From NCBI RefSeq assembly GCF_016432865.1, contig NC_067399.1, forward strand, positions 680,450,001-680,514,000: a stretch of 64,000 nt of DNA, written 5' to 3'. The position numbers and the translations under genes are program-made. Source of the stretch: Antechinus flavipes (Eukaryota). Numbering within the stretch: the first letter of the stretch is position 1; each line of letters opens with the position of its first letter. Positions 12,488 through 22,640 of this stretch are shown here, one piece after another. The notes beneath the pieces were generated by a model. It saw only the letters and a list, made by a program, of their open reading frames with translations. It made no database searches and was not told the origin of the DNA.

Positions 12488-14063
12488 TTGAGCTGAAATG
12501 GAAATCAGAAGGGCACAAATTGGGGTCTTTGGCTAAAATGGAAACGAGAAGGGCACAGACCGGGGACTTTGGCTAAAATGGAAATGAGAAGGGCACAAAC
12601 TGGAGACCTTGGCTAAAATGGAAATGAGAAGGGCACAAACCAGGGACCTCGGCTAAAATGGAAATGAGAAGGGCACAAATCGGGGACCTTGGCTAAAATG
12701 GAAATGAGAAGGGCACAAACCAGGAACCTTGGCTAAAATGGAAACAAGAAGGGCACAAACCAGGGACCTCGGCTAAAATGGAAATGAGAAGGGCACAAAC
12801 CAGGGACCTCGGCTAAAATGGAAATGAGAAGGGTACAAACCAGGGACTTTGGCTAAAATGGAAATGAGAAGGGCACAAACCAGGGACCTTGGCTAAAATG
12901 GAAATGAGAAGGGCATAAACCAGGAACCTTGGCTAAAATGGAAATGAGAAGGGCACAAACTGGGGACCTCGGCTAAAATGTAAAACAGAAGGCCACAATC
13001 TGGAGACCTCGGCTAAAATGGAAATGAGAAGGGCACAAACCGGGAACCTTGGCTAAAATGGAAACGAGAAGGGCACAAACTGGGATCTTTGGCTAAAATG
13101 GAAACGAGAAGGGCACAAACTGGGATCTTTGGCTAAAATGGAAACGAGAAGGGCACAAACCGGGGACTTTGGCTAAAATGGAAATGAGAAGGGCACAAAC
13201 TGGAGACCTTGGCTAAAATGGAAACGAGAAGGGCATAAACTGGGATCTTTGGCTAAAATGGAAATGAGAAGGGCACAAACTGGGGACTTTGGCTAAAATG
13301 GAAATGAGAAGGGCACAAACCGGGGACCTTGGCTAAAATGGAAATGAGAAGGGCACAAACCAGGAACCTTGGCTAAAATGGAAACAAGAAGGGCACAAAC
13401 TGGGGACTTTGGCTAAAATGGAAATGAGAAGAGCACAAACCAGGGACCTTGGCTAAAATGGAAATGAGGAGGGCACAAACCGGGAACTTTGGCTAAAATG
13501 GAAATGAGAAGGGCACAAACTGGAGACCTTGGCTAAAATGGAAATGAGAAGGGTACAAACCAGGGACTTTGGCTAAAATGGAAATGAGAAGGGCACAAAC
13601 TGGAGACCTTGGCTAAAATGGAAATGAGAAGGGCACAAACCGGGGACTTTGGCTAAAATGGAAATGAGAAGGGCACAAACCGGGAACTTTGGCTAAAATG
13701 GAAATGAGAAGGGCACAAACTGGAGACTTTGGCTAAAATGGAAATGAGAAGGGCACAAACCGGGGACTTTGGCTAAAATGGAAATGAGAAGGGCACAAAC
13801 CGGGAACTTTGGCTAAAATGGAAATGAGAAGGGCACAAACTGGAGACCTTGGCTAAAATGGAAATGAGAAGGGCACAAACCGGGGACTTTGGCTAAAAGG
13901 AAATGAGAAGGGCACAAACTGGAGATCTTGGCTAAAATGGAAACGAGAAGGGCACAAACCGGGGACCTTGGCTAAAATGGAAACAAGAAATGGAAACGAG
14001 AAGAGCACAAATTGGAGACCTTGGCTAAAATGGAAATGAGAAGGGCACAAACTGGGATCTTTG
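12488..14063. repeat. 40-bp minisatellite, about 39 copies
   Basis: Unit ggctaaaatggaaatgagaagggcacaaac plus a variable 10-mer (cggggacctt etc.), in register across 1.57 kb. Confidence 0.98.
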
Positions 14064-15129
14064 ACTAGTCCAGTCACTTGGGAAAGTCATCTGTAATTTT
14101 AGCTGGTATTGGAATGTGCGGGAGGCCGGCTAGCTCTGAGACCCGCCAGCCATGTGACGAAGCCCACCCAGCCCCTCACTCTCCCTGGCACACGGCTGGT
14201 CCCTGAGCCCAGAAGTGGGGTGGGGAGCTGCCTCTGTGGAAGGGGCTCCCCTTCTGAGTTTTATGGTCTGGGTTTTTCCCGACCTCACTTGCTGCCTTCT
14301 GTAGATAACAAAGTCCGTTCTCTATTTTGACAGATGCATTGGGGTGGTGGTCATGGCCCCCCTCAATCTTCCCTTCTTGGGCCAAAGGCAGCTGGCTCCT
14401 TCAACTTCCCAGGCCAAGAATCGAGGTTCTTCCCCAGGCTGGCCACCTTCCTTTGGGTGACACCTGGCGACTCATGCGTCCTTCCTTCAGAACCAGGCAG
14501 TCTGGATGGTCAATGGCGAGAGCCGGGCTAGGGGCTGTGGCCCTTCCTCTGGGTGTACCAAAGGGGCTGCTGGGTACCTCATTGTACCAAGGGTACCTCA
14601 TTTTTTATCTCATTGATGACTCACCCTGAGTTCTGCCCCCCCCAGCTGTTACCTCACTGTGGCTGCTCCCCCTCCTTCCACATTGGAAGGTAATCGCCCC
14701 CCTTCCGAGCTCTGTTTCTTTGGTTTTGACCTCGGAGACATTTTGGAGCCCGGCTCTGTCACCCGGGGAGCTCGGCGGCTTCTGCAGCGGGGTGACCCCG
14801 CCCATCTCAAAGGCACCGGGGTCAGTCTGCGCCCTTATCTGCCCGCATCGAAACTCGTGATCTTTCTTTTTTCCTGAGTCCAGTTGGGGGCGGGGAGGGG
14901 GGGGGGAGATGTCCTTTGGGATCTCTGGATCATGAAGATTCTCTACCATTTCACTCCTGACACAGAACTTCTGAGTGAGAAGAATCGTCCCAGCAGGAAA
15001 TCCGAGAGCATCCAACATGCCAGCGTTAATTAGCCAGCTGTGTGGAGCACTTTGGGTTTCACTTAAAGGAGAGGAGGATGAAGAGGTGCTCTGGAAACGA
15101 GCCGACATTTAACTCCCGTGCAAGAGCAG

Positions 15130-15470
15130 AGGCTGAGGCAGTCCGTCCGGCGCTGGCCGTCCCCGCTCTGAGGGTGGCCGGGAGTCCCCATCTGGTGGCC
15201 GTCCCTGTCCCAACGGTGGCTTTTCCCGTCATGGCGGTGACCATGCCCTCTGCGGCGGTGGCCGTCCCCGTCCCAACGGTGGCCGTCCCAGCCCTGGGGG
15301 TGGCCTTTCCCCTTCCGGCGCTGGCTGTCTCCGCCCTGGGGGTGGCCGGGAGTCCCCATCCGGTGGCCGTCCCTGTCCCAACGGTGGCCTTTCCCGTCAT
15401 GGCGGCGACCATCCCCTCCCCGGCGGTGGCCGTCCCCCTCTCAGCAGTGGCCATCCCCGACCCGGCCACT
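15130..15470. repeat. Diverged 21-bp GC-rich minisatellite with internal higher-order duplication
   Basis: Units such as cggtggccgtccctgtcccaa and cggtggcctttcccgtcatgg; the block ggtggccgggagtccccatc...tttcccgtcatggcgg occurs twice. Confidence 0.9.
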
Positions 15471-15698
15471 CCTCTCTAGGAACCGGGCCTGCGGGGAACG
15501 TCAAGGGCCGCCATGGGCTCCCCATGGAGACGGGCAGAGAGGAAGGAGATGGCGGGCCCAGGGCCGAAGGCGGGAGGACTGGGCCAGGAGCTGCAACCTG
15601 GAGTCTCGGCGAATCGCATCCGGGCTTTTAGAGGGAGACGGATTATGGGGCGGGGAGGAGCTTATGGAAAGAAGGGGAAGTTCTCACTAACCAACAAG

Positions 15699-15699
15699 A

Positions 15700-15738
<39 letters not shown>

Positions 15739-15811
15739 AAGGGAAAAGGGGGAAGGGGGAAGGAGGAGGGGGGAAGGGGGAAGGGGGAAGAAGGAAGGGG
15801 AAGGGGGAAGG
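15699..15811 (+). repeat. Poly-G and (GGA/GAA)-rich purine tract, followed by N run 15812-16059
   Basis: Visible directly; G-quadruplex-prone. Confidence 0.9.
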
Positions 15812-16059
15812 NNNNNNNNNNNNNNNNNNNNNNNNNNNNNNNNNNNNNNNNNNNNNNNNNNNNNNNNNNNNNNNNNNNNNNNNNNNNNNNNNNNNNNNNN
15901 NNNNNNNNNNNNNNNNNNNNNNNNNNNNNNNNNNNNNNNNNNNNNNNNNNNNNNNNNNNNNNNNNNNNNNNNNNNNNNNNNNNNNNNNNNNNNNNNNNNN
16001 NNNNNNNNNNNNNNNNNNNNNNNNNNNNNNNNNNNNNNNNNNNNNNNNNNNNNNNNNNN

Positions 16060-16345
16060 ACAGCGCCGGCCCCACTGGGGGACTAACTCAGGGTTCCAAC
16101 TTCCGGCCGAGGACCCGCCCCAGGGTGGGGGGAGGGGCACTTTGCACGTGGTTTTTGAGGCAGAGACAGGCTCCCGAGACACAGCGCGTGGCCGCGGACG
16201 CCCATTGGCGGAACGGTCCGCTCTTCCTTTGGCGTTCTCATTGGTGGGATGTTGGCCTGCGCTTAGTAACCGTCTGCTGATTGGAGGCTGAGAACAGCCA
16301 TTTCTCCGGCGCCTCCTAGGGAGCAGACACTGCTGGGAGGGCGGA
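16060..16345. promoter_or_regulatory. CpG-island type, TATA-less promoter candidate
   Basis: GC boxes, E-box CACGTG near 16146, three ATTGG (reverse CCAAT) near 16204, 16239 and 16280, RFX-like gcttagtaacc near 16261. Confidence 0.6.
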
Positions 16346-16473
16346 GGGGGCGGCGGCCAATGGGGGCGGCGGCCAATGGGGGCGGCGGCCAATGGGGGCG
16401 GCGGCCAATGGGGGCGGCGGCCAATGGGGGCGGCGGCCAATGGGGGCGGCGGCCAATGGGGACGGCGGCCAAG
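16346..16473 (+). repeat. 16-bp VNTR (gggggcggcggccaat) x7 plus 1 degenerate copy
   Basis: Counted: 7 perfect units at 16346-16457 and a variant ggggacggcggccaag. Confidence 0.97.
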
Positions 16474-16849
16474 GGCGCGTCCTCAGGCGCGAGGCTCCCC
16501 TTCTCGGGCCTGTAAAACAAGGCCTTGGGTTTATTGCTAGTGAAGGTCCTTGCACCTCCAGGTCGGAACGGGGGGAGCGGGGGTGGGGGCCGGAGCGGGG
16601 GAGAGGAGAGCCGTGGCGGGGCTGTCATGACGCTAATGAAGGAGCAGAGTCCACTCGATTGTCTTGCAGTTTCCTGGAAGGGTGGAACTATTAATTAATT
16701 ACGATTCCCAGAATGAAAAGGGGGGGGGGGGGATGGAGGCAGGGCAGGGGCCGAGATACCGGTATGGGCAGGGGTCAGACCTGGGAGTTTGCCGTGTGCT
16801 TGTACACAGTGAGCACTGCTTGGTCCCAGCAGGAATCACAGGTGGACAG

Positions 16850-17112
16850 CCTCCTGGCAGGGGGAGCACGGCCTCCTGGGAAGGGGAGCACGGCCTCCTG
16901 GCAGGGGGAGCACGGCCTCCTGGCAGGGGGAGCACGGCCTCCTGGTATGGGGAGCACGGCCTCCTGGCAGGGGGAGCACGGCTCCTGGCAGGGGGAGCAC
17001 GGCCTCCTGGCAGGGGGAGCACGGCCTCCTGGCAGGGGGAGCACGGCCTCCTGGTATGGGGAGCACGGCCTCCTGGCAGGGGGAGCACGGCCTCCTGGCA
17101 GGGGGAGCACGG
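16850..17112 (+). repeat. 22-bp VNTR (cctcctggcagggggagcacgg), about 12 copies
   Basis: Visible directly; variants ggaagggg and gtatgggg (twice), one 1-bp deletion. Confidence 0.97.
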
Positions 17113-18565
17113 TTTCATTCAGTCTAGGAGTGCTTGGCGAAAAGAGGAGGCAGAACAGCCGCAGAGGTGACAGGGTGGATGAGAGGAGGAGCTCAGGCTC
17201 AGACCCGGAAGGGATTGCAGAGGCAGACTGTCCCACCCCATTTTTCAGAGGGGAGGAGCCTGGGGTCGGGGCAGTCCCCTCTCACAGCAATCAGTGGCAG
17301 AGCCCACACATCCATCAGCCTTCAGGAAAGTGGCTCCTCCCGCGCCCTCCTCCAGAAGGGCGTCTCCCACCCCTGGGTCGAGATCACTCTGAATTCTGCC
17401 CCCAAAATAATCCCAGAGATTTCAGGCACCTTTAAGGACCCCAGCGGAGCTCGTCCCTGCCCCTCCTATGGAGGTGGCTTCTAGCACAGAATCCAGAGGA
17501 AGGGGCTCCCTGTGGGGGCCGGGGTCCGCATCGAGGCTGGGAGTTTGGCCCCCAAGCTCACCGATGGACTCGCTCTGCCTCGGGGCGCTGCCGGGGCACG
17601 GTCCCATCTGCAGACACTGCCCCGGCTGACGGGGCCGAGGACCCAAACCTCATTCAGAAGCCGCCCGTTCTCCTGAGGACCCCAAGCTTCTCTCCTGAGA
17701 ACAGTGTTCCCAGAAACTCTCCCCACAGGGGCTCCCCCTGCTCGGGGGAGAGGGTCCGGCCGTGGTCCCTAAATACTCCCTGCGCTGCTGCCCAGAAGCG
17801 GGGCGGTCTCTGACTCCGGGGGCCTGAGCGTCACTTCCCCGGGTTGGGGGACGCTTGGGCCCAGTCAGCCGGACCAGGGAGAAACAGCTTCTCGCTTCCC
17901 TGGGCGCCCCCATGGGCGTCAGGGCGAGTTTTCGTGCGAAAGGCCCCAGCCAGCTCCACATGGGAGCGGTCCCTCCCCTCAGAGCTCCCACAACTCCCCT
18001 GGGCTCCCTGGAAGCCGGAGCAAACTTATTTTAGAAAAGAATGAGTTCTAGAGGGAGGGCAGAGGCCCCCCAGCCCCTCCCCCACACCCTCCCTCTGTTT
18101 CTGCAGGACCCCCACTGCTGCTCCTTATTAAGGCCCAGCTTGCTTTCAAGACCCCGGGGGCCCCGGGCCGTCCCCACCCCATTGTGGAGCGTTCTGACGG
18201 CCATTGTCATCCCGGAGACCTCGCGGGGCCTTAATGGCCTGCATGTGTGGGACGCTCAGAGTGCGGGCGCGGGGCAGGCCGAGGAGGGCCCCGGGGAGCC
18301 CACGTGCGCCCGGGTGGCCAAGCCTGGGTGGGCCGGGGAGGGGGAGCGCTGCTAGGGAAGGGGGGCACTCCATGGTCCCCCTCAGCCCTGAGGAGGGGGA
18401 CGTGCGAGAGGAGGCCCCGGCAAGAGTTGGTTCTGAGTCACGGAGGGTCGTCACATAGTCACTCAGCCGACTGCTGCAGGTCCCCTGGGGAGGGCACTTC
18501 CAAGGGGTGTGGGAGTGACTGGGGGGGGGTAAATCTGTGTGTGCCTGTGTTGCACATGAGTGTGC

Positions 18566-19508
18566 NNNNNNNNNNNNNNNNNNNNNNNNNNNNNNNNNNN
18601 NNNNNNNNNNNNNNNNNNNNNNNNNNNNNNNNNNNNNNNNNNNNNNNNNNNNNNNNNNNNNNNNNNNNNNNNNNNNNNNNNNNNNNNNNNNNNNNNNNNN
18701 NNNNNNNNNNNNNNNNNNNNNNNNNNNNNNNNNNNNNNNNNNNNNNNNNNNNNNNNNNNNNNNNNNNNNNNNNNNNNNNNNNNNNNNNNNNNNNNNNNNN
18801 NNNNNNNNNNNNNNNNNNNNNNNNNNNNNNNNNNNNNNNNNNNNNNNNNNNNNNNNNNNNNNNNNNNNNNNNNNNNNNNNNNNNNNNNNNNNNNNNNNNN
18901 NNNNNNNNNNNNNNNNNNNNNNNNNNNNNNNNNNNNNNNNNNNNNNNNNNNNNNNNNNNNNNNNNNNNNNNNNNNNNNNNNNNNNNNNNNNNNNNNNNNN
19001 NNNNNNNNNNNNNNNNNNNNNNNNNNNNNNNNNNNNNNNNNNNNNNNNNNNNNNNNNNNNNNNNNNNNNNNNNNNNNNNNNNNNNNNNNNNNNNNNNNNN
19101 NNNNNNNNNNNNNNNNNNNNNNNNNNNNNNNNNNNNNNNNNNNNNNNNNNNNNNNNNNNNNNNNNNNNNNNNNNNNNNNNGTGAATAAGTGTNNNNNNNN
19201 NNNNNNNNNNNNNNNNNNNNNNNNNNNNNNNNNNNNNNNNNNNNNNNNNNNNNNNNNNNNNNNNNNNNNNNNNNNNNNNNNNNNNNNNNNNNNNNNNNNN
19301 NNNNNNNNNNNNNNNNNNNNNNNNNNNNNNNNNNNNNNNNNNNNNNNNNNNNNNNNNNNNNNNNNNNNGTGAATAAGNNNNNNNNNNNNNNNNNNNNNNN
19401 NNNNNNNNNNNNNNNNNNNNNNNNNNNNNNNNNNNNNNNNNNNNNNNNNNNNNNNNNNNNNNNNNNNNNNNNNNNNNNNNNNNNNNNNNNNNNNNNNNNN
19501 NNNNNNNC
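18566..19508. other. N-masked tract with two tiny called islands (gtgaataagtgt at 19181, gtgaataag at 19369)
   Basis: Visible directly; flanked by TG-rich sequence, so probably an unresolved TG-rich repeat. Confidence 0.9.
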
Positions 19509-21109
19509 CCCCACTCTCTGCTCTCTATTGGTTTCCATCACCTTTGTCCCCCGTTTCCCCATCACTTTTCTCCCGGTCCTGCCCCCACTTGGGCTGGTGA
19601 CCTTTGGAGGAAGGAGAGCTTAAGGTCACGGGTCACGCTGGGCAGGAGGCCGAGTGGGCAGGAGAAGGACCGAGCCCCACGAGGACTTGGAGGGCGACGG
19701 AGAGCCCAGGGCCCTAGATGGAGCGGTGCCTCCCGGGGGGGGGGGGGCAGCGATGGCGCCGCTTCCCTGGGAGAGCGGGGAGCACAAGCTGAGGCAGAGG
19801 CAGCCGGTCTGGCCGGACGCTGGGGTCGGGGTCGGGGAATGTCTCTGCCACCTGAGACAAGGTCTCCGGCCTCCTCTCTGCCAGACTGGGCCGAGCAGGG
19901 GGTGGGGGCACTTGGCTCTGGTGCAGGGGGCTTCCACACCTGGAAGTTCCCCGTCCTGATGACATCCAGTTATTGCTTTTCCTGCCCCATTCACCTGGTC
20001 AACGAGTCTAAGAAATGGGGAGATGGAGCCAGGGGCCTCCTTGGGGCTGACAGCCTTAGCAGATCATAAGCCGCCTTCCTCCCTGCCACATGGGCCGCCT
20101 GAGACACTAGGCCCTCCCCCCCCACCCCACCCCCCCACAAAGGAAGATTTGAGTTCAAATCTAGCTTCGCACCCTTCTTAGCCAGGGAATTCTGGTCACT
20201 TAATCTGTGTCTGNNNNNNNNNNNNNNNNNNNNNNNNNNNNNNNNNNNNNNNNNNNNNNNNNNNNNNNNNNNNNNNNNNNNNNNNNNNNNNNNNNNNNNN
20301 NNNNNNNNNNNNNNNNNNNNNNNNNNNNNNNNNNNNNNNNNNNNNNNNNNNNNNNNNNNNNNNNNNNNNNNNNNNNNNNNNNNNNNNNNNNNNNNNNNNN
20401 NNNNNNNNNNNNNNNNNNNNNNNNNNNNNNNNNNNNNNNNNNNNNNNNNNNNNNNNNNNNNNNNNNNNNNNNNNNNNNNNNNNNNNNNNNNNNNNNNNNN
20501 NNNNNNNNNNNNNNNNAAGGGAGGAAGGGGAGAAGGAAAAAAGGGGAAGGGAGGGAGGGAAAGAGGGAAGGAAGAAGGGAGGGAGAAAAACAAAACTGGG
20601 AGCAGATCCGCAGTCCGGCCAAACAAACCCGGTGGCGACTCCCCAGGTGCGCGGCGCTCTGCGCGTGGGGCGGGTCCATGGCTCCCTCCGTGCCGGGAGC
20701 TGGGACGCTTGGGTTCTCGTTGGCTGCTGGAACCGTGACTGCTCATTACTTTGATCAGAATTCTGAGTCTCTCCGTTGTTCATTTTGACAATTCAAGGAG
20801 CATTTATTAAATGCTTACTATGCGCGGGGCTGCCTCGAGAGGAGTCTGATAAGCTCAGGCTTTTAAAACTTATTGACTCTGCCCAGCTCCCCTTATTTGT
20901 AAATCTTTCTTTAATATCATTTTAATGCCCGTCAGTCAGTCTGAGCTCAGCAGAAACTCCTGACAACATCATTCCCCCCCCTTTATTCAGAAGGGCCCGG
21001 GCCGTCGGGCTCGCAGGCCGCCTGGATCTGCGGTGTCAGAGACATCATGGCCACCCTGCGGATTGGGCGAATCCCCCTCTGTCCCCCCAGACCGTGCCTG
21101 ACTCTCAGT

Positions 21110-21260
21110 GGGGCGAGTAGGTGGCATAGTGGAAAGAGCAAAACAAAGACTTGGGTGCGAATCCTGCTTTAGTCCCCTGGGTGACCCTGGATATCACTTA
21201 TTCTCCGCCTCAGTTTCCTCATCTGAAAAAATGGGGCTGATGGCAGCACCAACCGTAGAA
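21110..21260 (+). mobile_element. MIR/CORE-SINE
   Basis: gtggcatagtggaaagagca...gtgaccctgg...cctcagtttcctcatctgaaaaatgggg core. Confidence 0.7.
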
Positions 21261-22489
21261 CATCCAGCATCCGGTGCGACCCTTGTCAGGCGCTTTGCTG
21301 ACCGGACTCATGTTATTTTCCCAGGGACGCGTTGAATCTGTAGGGGAGGATTCTGGGACTTTAGCTTAGAAGCCGAAGTGGCTTCCCAGCCCAGCGGTGG
21401 CGAAGGCTGAGAGCGGCTTCCTCAGGCGGCTGCACGGGTTCCGGCCTCGGCTCCAAGGACGGGTCGAGAGCAAGAGGAACCCGGTTTGTCGGGGGGACCT
21501 TGGGAGCGTGGGGGTCCCGGACTGTAAAAGAACCAAGGCTCGCCTGGCAGGCTCCGGGCCAAGAGCAGTCTGGAACCTGGGGGGCGGGGGCTGGCCAAAG
21601 TGGCCGCGTTCCTCCTGGGCCTGAGCGCTGGAATCCGGGCCACCGGGACGCCCCAGAGAGGGTGCAAGGGGCCCGGGCCCAGGAGGGCGGGGGCTGCGCT
21701 TGCCAGAGAGCGGAGCGATGGCCAAGGCAAAGGCGGGGGCCTGGGTCCGTCCCGGGGGCCTCGTGGCCCGGTAATCTCTCCTGCTCCAGCTGCGCTCGGG
21801 ACTCGAAGAGCTGAACGTTGGGCTTCGGTGCAGCTGGGTTTGGGATCGGGCATTTACAAGCACGGTCCGGAGGGGGAGGATTCCCAGAATGGCCCAAGGG
21901 ACCAGGGCACAAGAACGAGGAGGGCCCCCAACTGCCCCCCCATTTCCCATCACAGAGATATTTAGTAAAGCAGAAGGTACAAGCCAGGCGAGAGCTCCAA
22001 GTTCTGTCCGCCACAGGACGGGAAAGCCCTGTCTGGCTTCTCTTCCTGAAGGGGCGGGAGGGGTGGGAGGCACGGGGGGGCTGGGGGGGCTGGGGGCGGA
22101 GGGGTGGCTCCTCCCCGGCCCCGCCCTCCCTGAGGTTTCCTGGGTCCGCCATGAGCCGATTCTGCTGCGAGAGAGGCGAGGGTCCCTCAGTGGTCTCCAC
22201 TTGGCCCAGGAAGAGGCGGCTACCTGTTGTCGGCTCTCAGCGGGCGCCGCCCCCTCCGTAATGGGATTGATCCCGCTCCGCGGGCCTCCTTTTCCAGGGG
22301 CGTCGGGCTCTCAGGAGCAGCACTAGAAGTAAGTGCTCTCCGGCTCTGGAGAAGCACTAAGCCGATCGATCCCGATTCATCACCATCGCCACGGCGACGG
22401 GCCTCGGCCTCCCCCCGGCTCCGGCCCCCCCCAGAGAGCCCGGCTTTCTGGGGGGGGAGCGTCCCCTCCCCCTCCCGCCGGAGATGTGC

Positions 22490-22640
22490 AGCTAGTCGGC
22501 CCGCTCCTGATCGATATCTCTTTATCAATTTATCACTATTAACAGCAGCATTTCAGCCCTCATGGCGGTCTGTCATCATGGAAGTGCTTGCCGGGCGCGG
22601 TGATTTATGGGCCGGGATGGGGTATTCATTAAACACCCAC
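22490..22640. promoter_or_regulatory. Candidate enhancer block with a PBX-HOX site
   Basis: TGATTTATGG at 22601-22610; tttatcaatttatcactattaa and gtattcattaa motifs in an AT island inside GC-rich DNA. Confidence 0.4.

Noticed and set aside
12488-14063. 40-bp array as a CRISPR array or an ISRE cluster
   Set aside because: Eukaryotic DNA; the 10-nt variable parts are mutational variants of one sequence, not unique spacers; GAAATGAGAA does not fit GAAANNGAAA.
15513-15529. Perfect Kozak gccgccATGG and a quasi-palindrome reading MGSPW on both strands
   Set aside because: The plus ORF runs into poly-G and Ns with no recognisable product, the minus ORF stops early, and the symmetry follows from two CCATGG palindromes.
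22329-22359. miR-302-like miRNA (TAAGTGCT seed with a hairpin)
   Set aside because: Stem of only about 11 bp, too short for a pre-miRNA; single copy.
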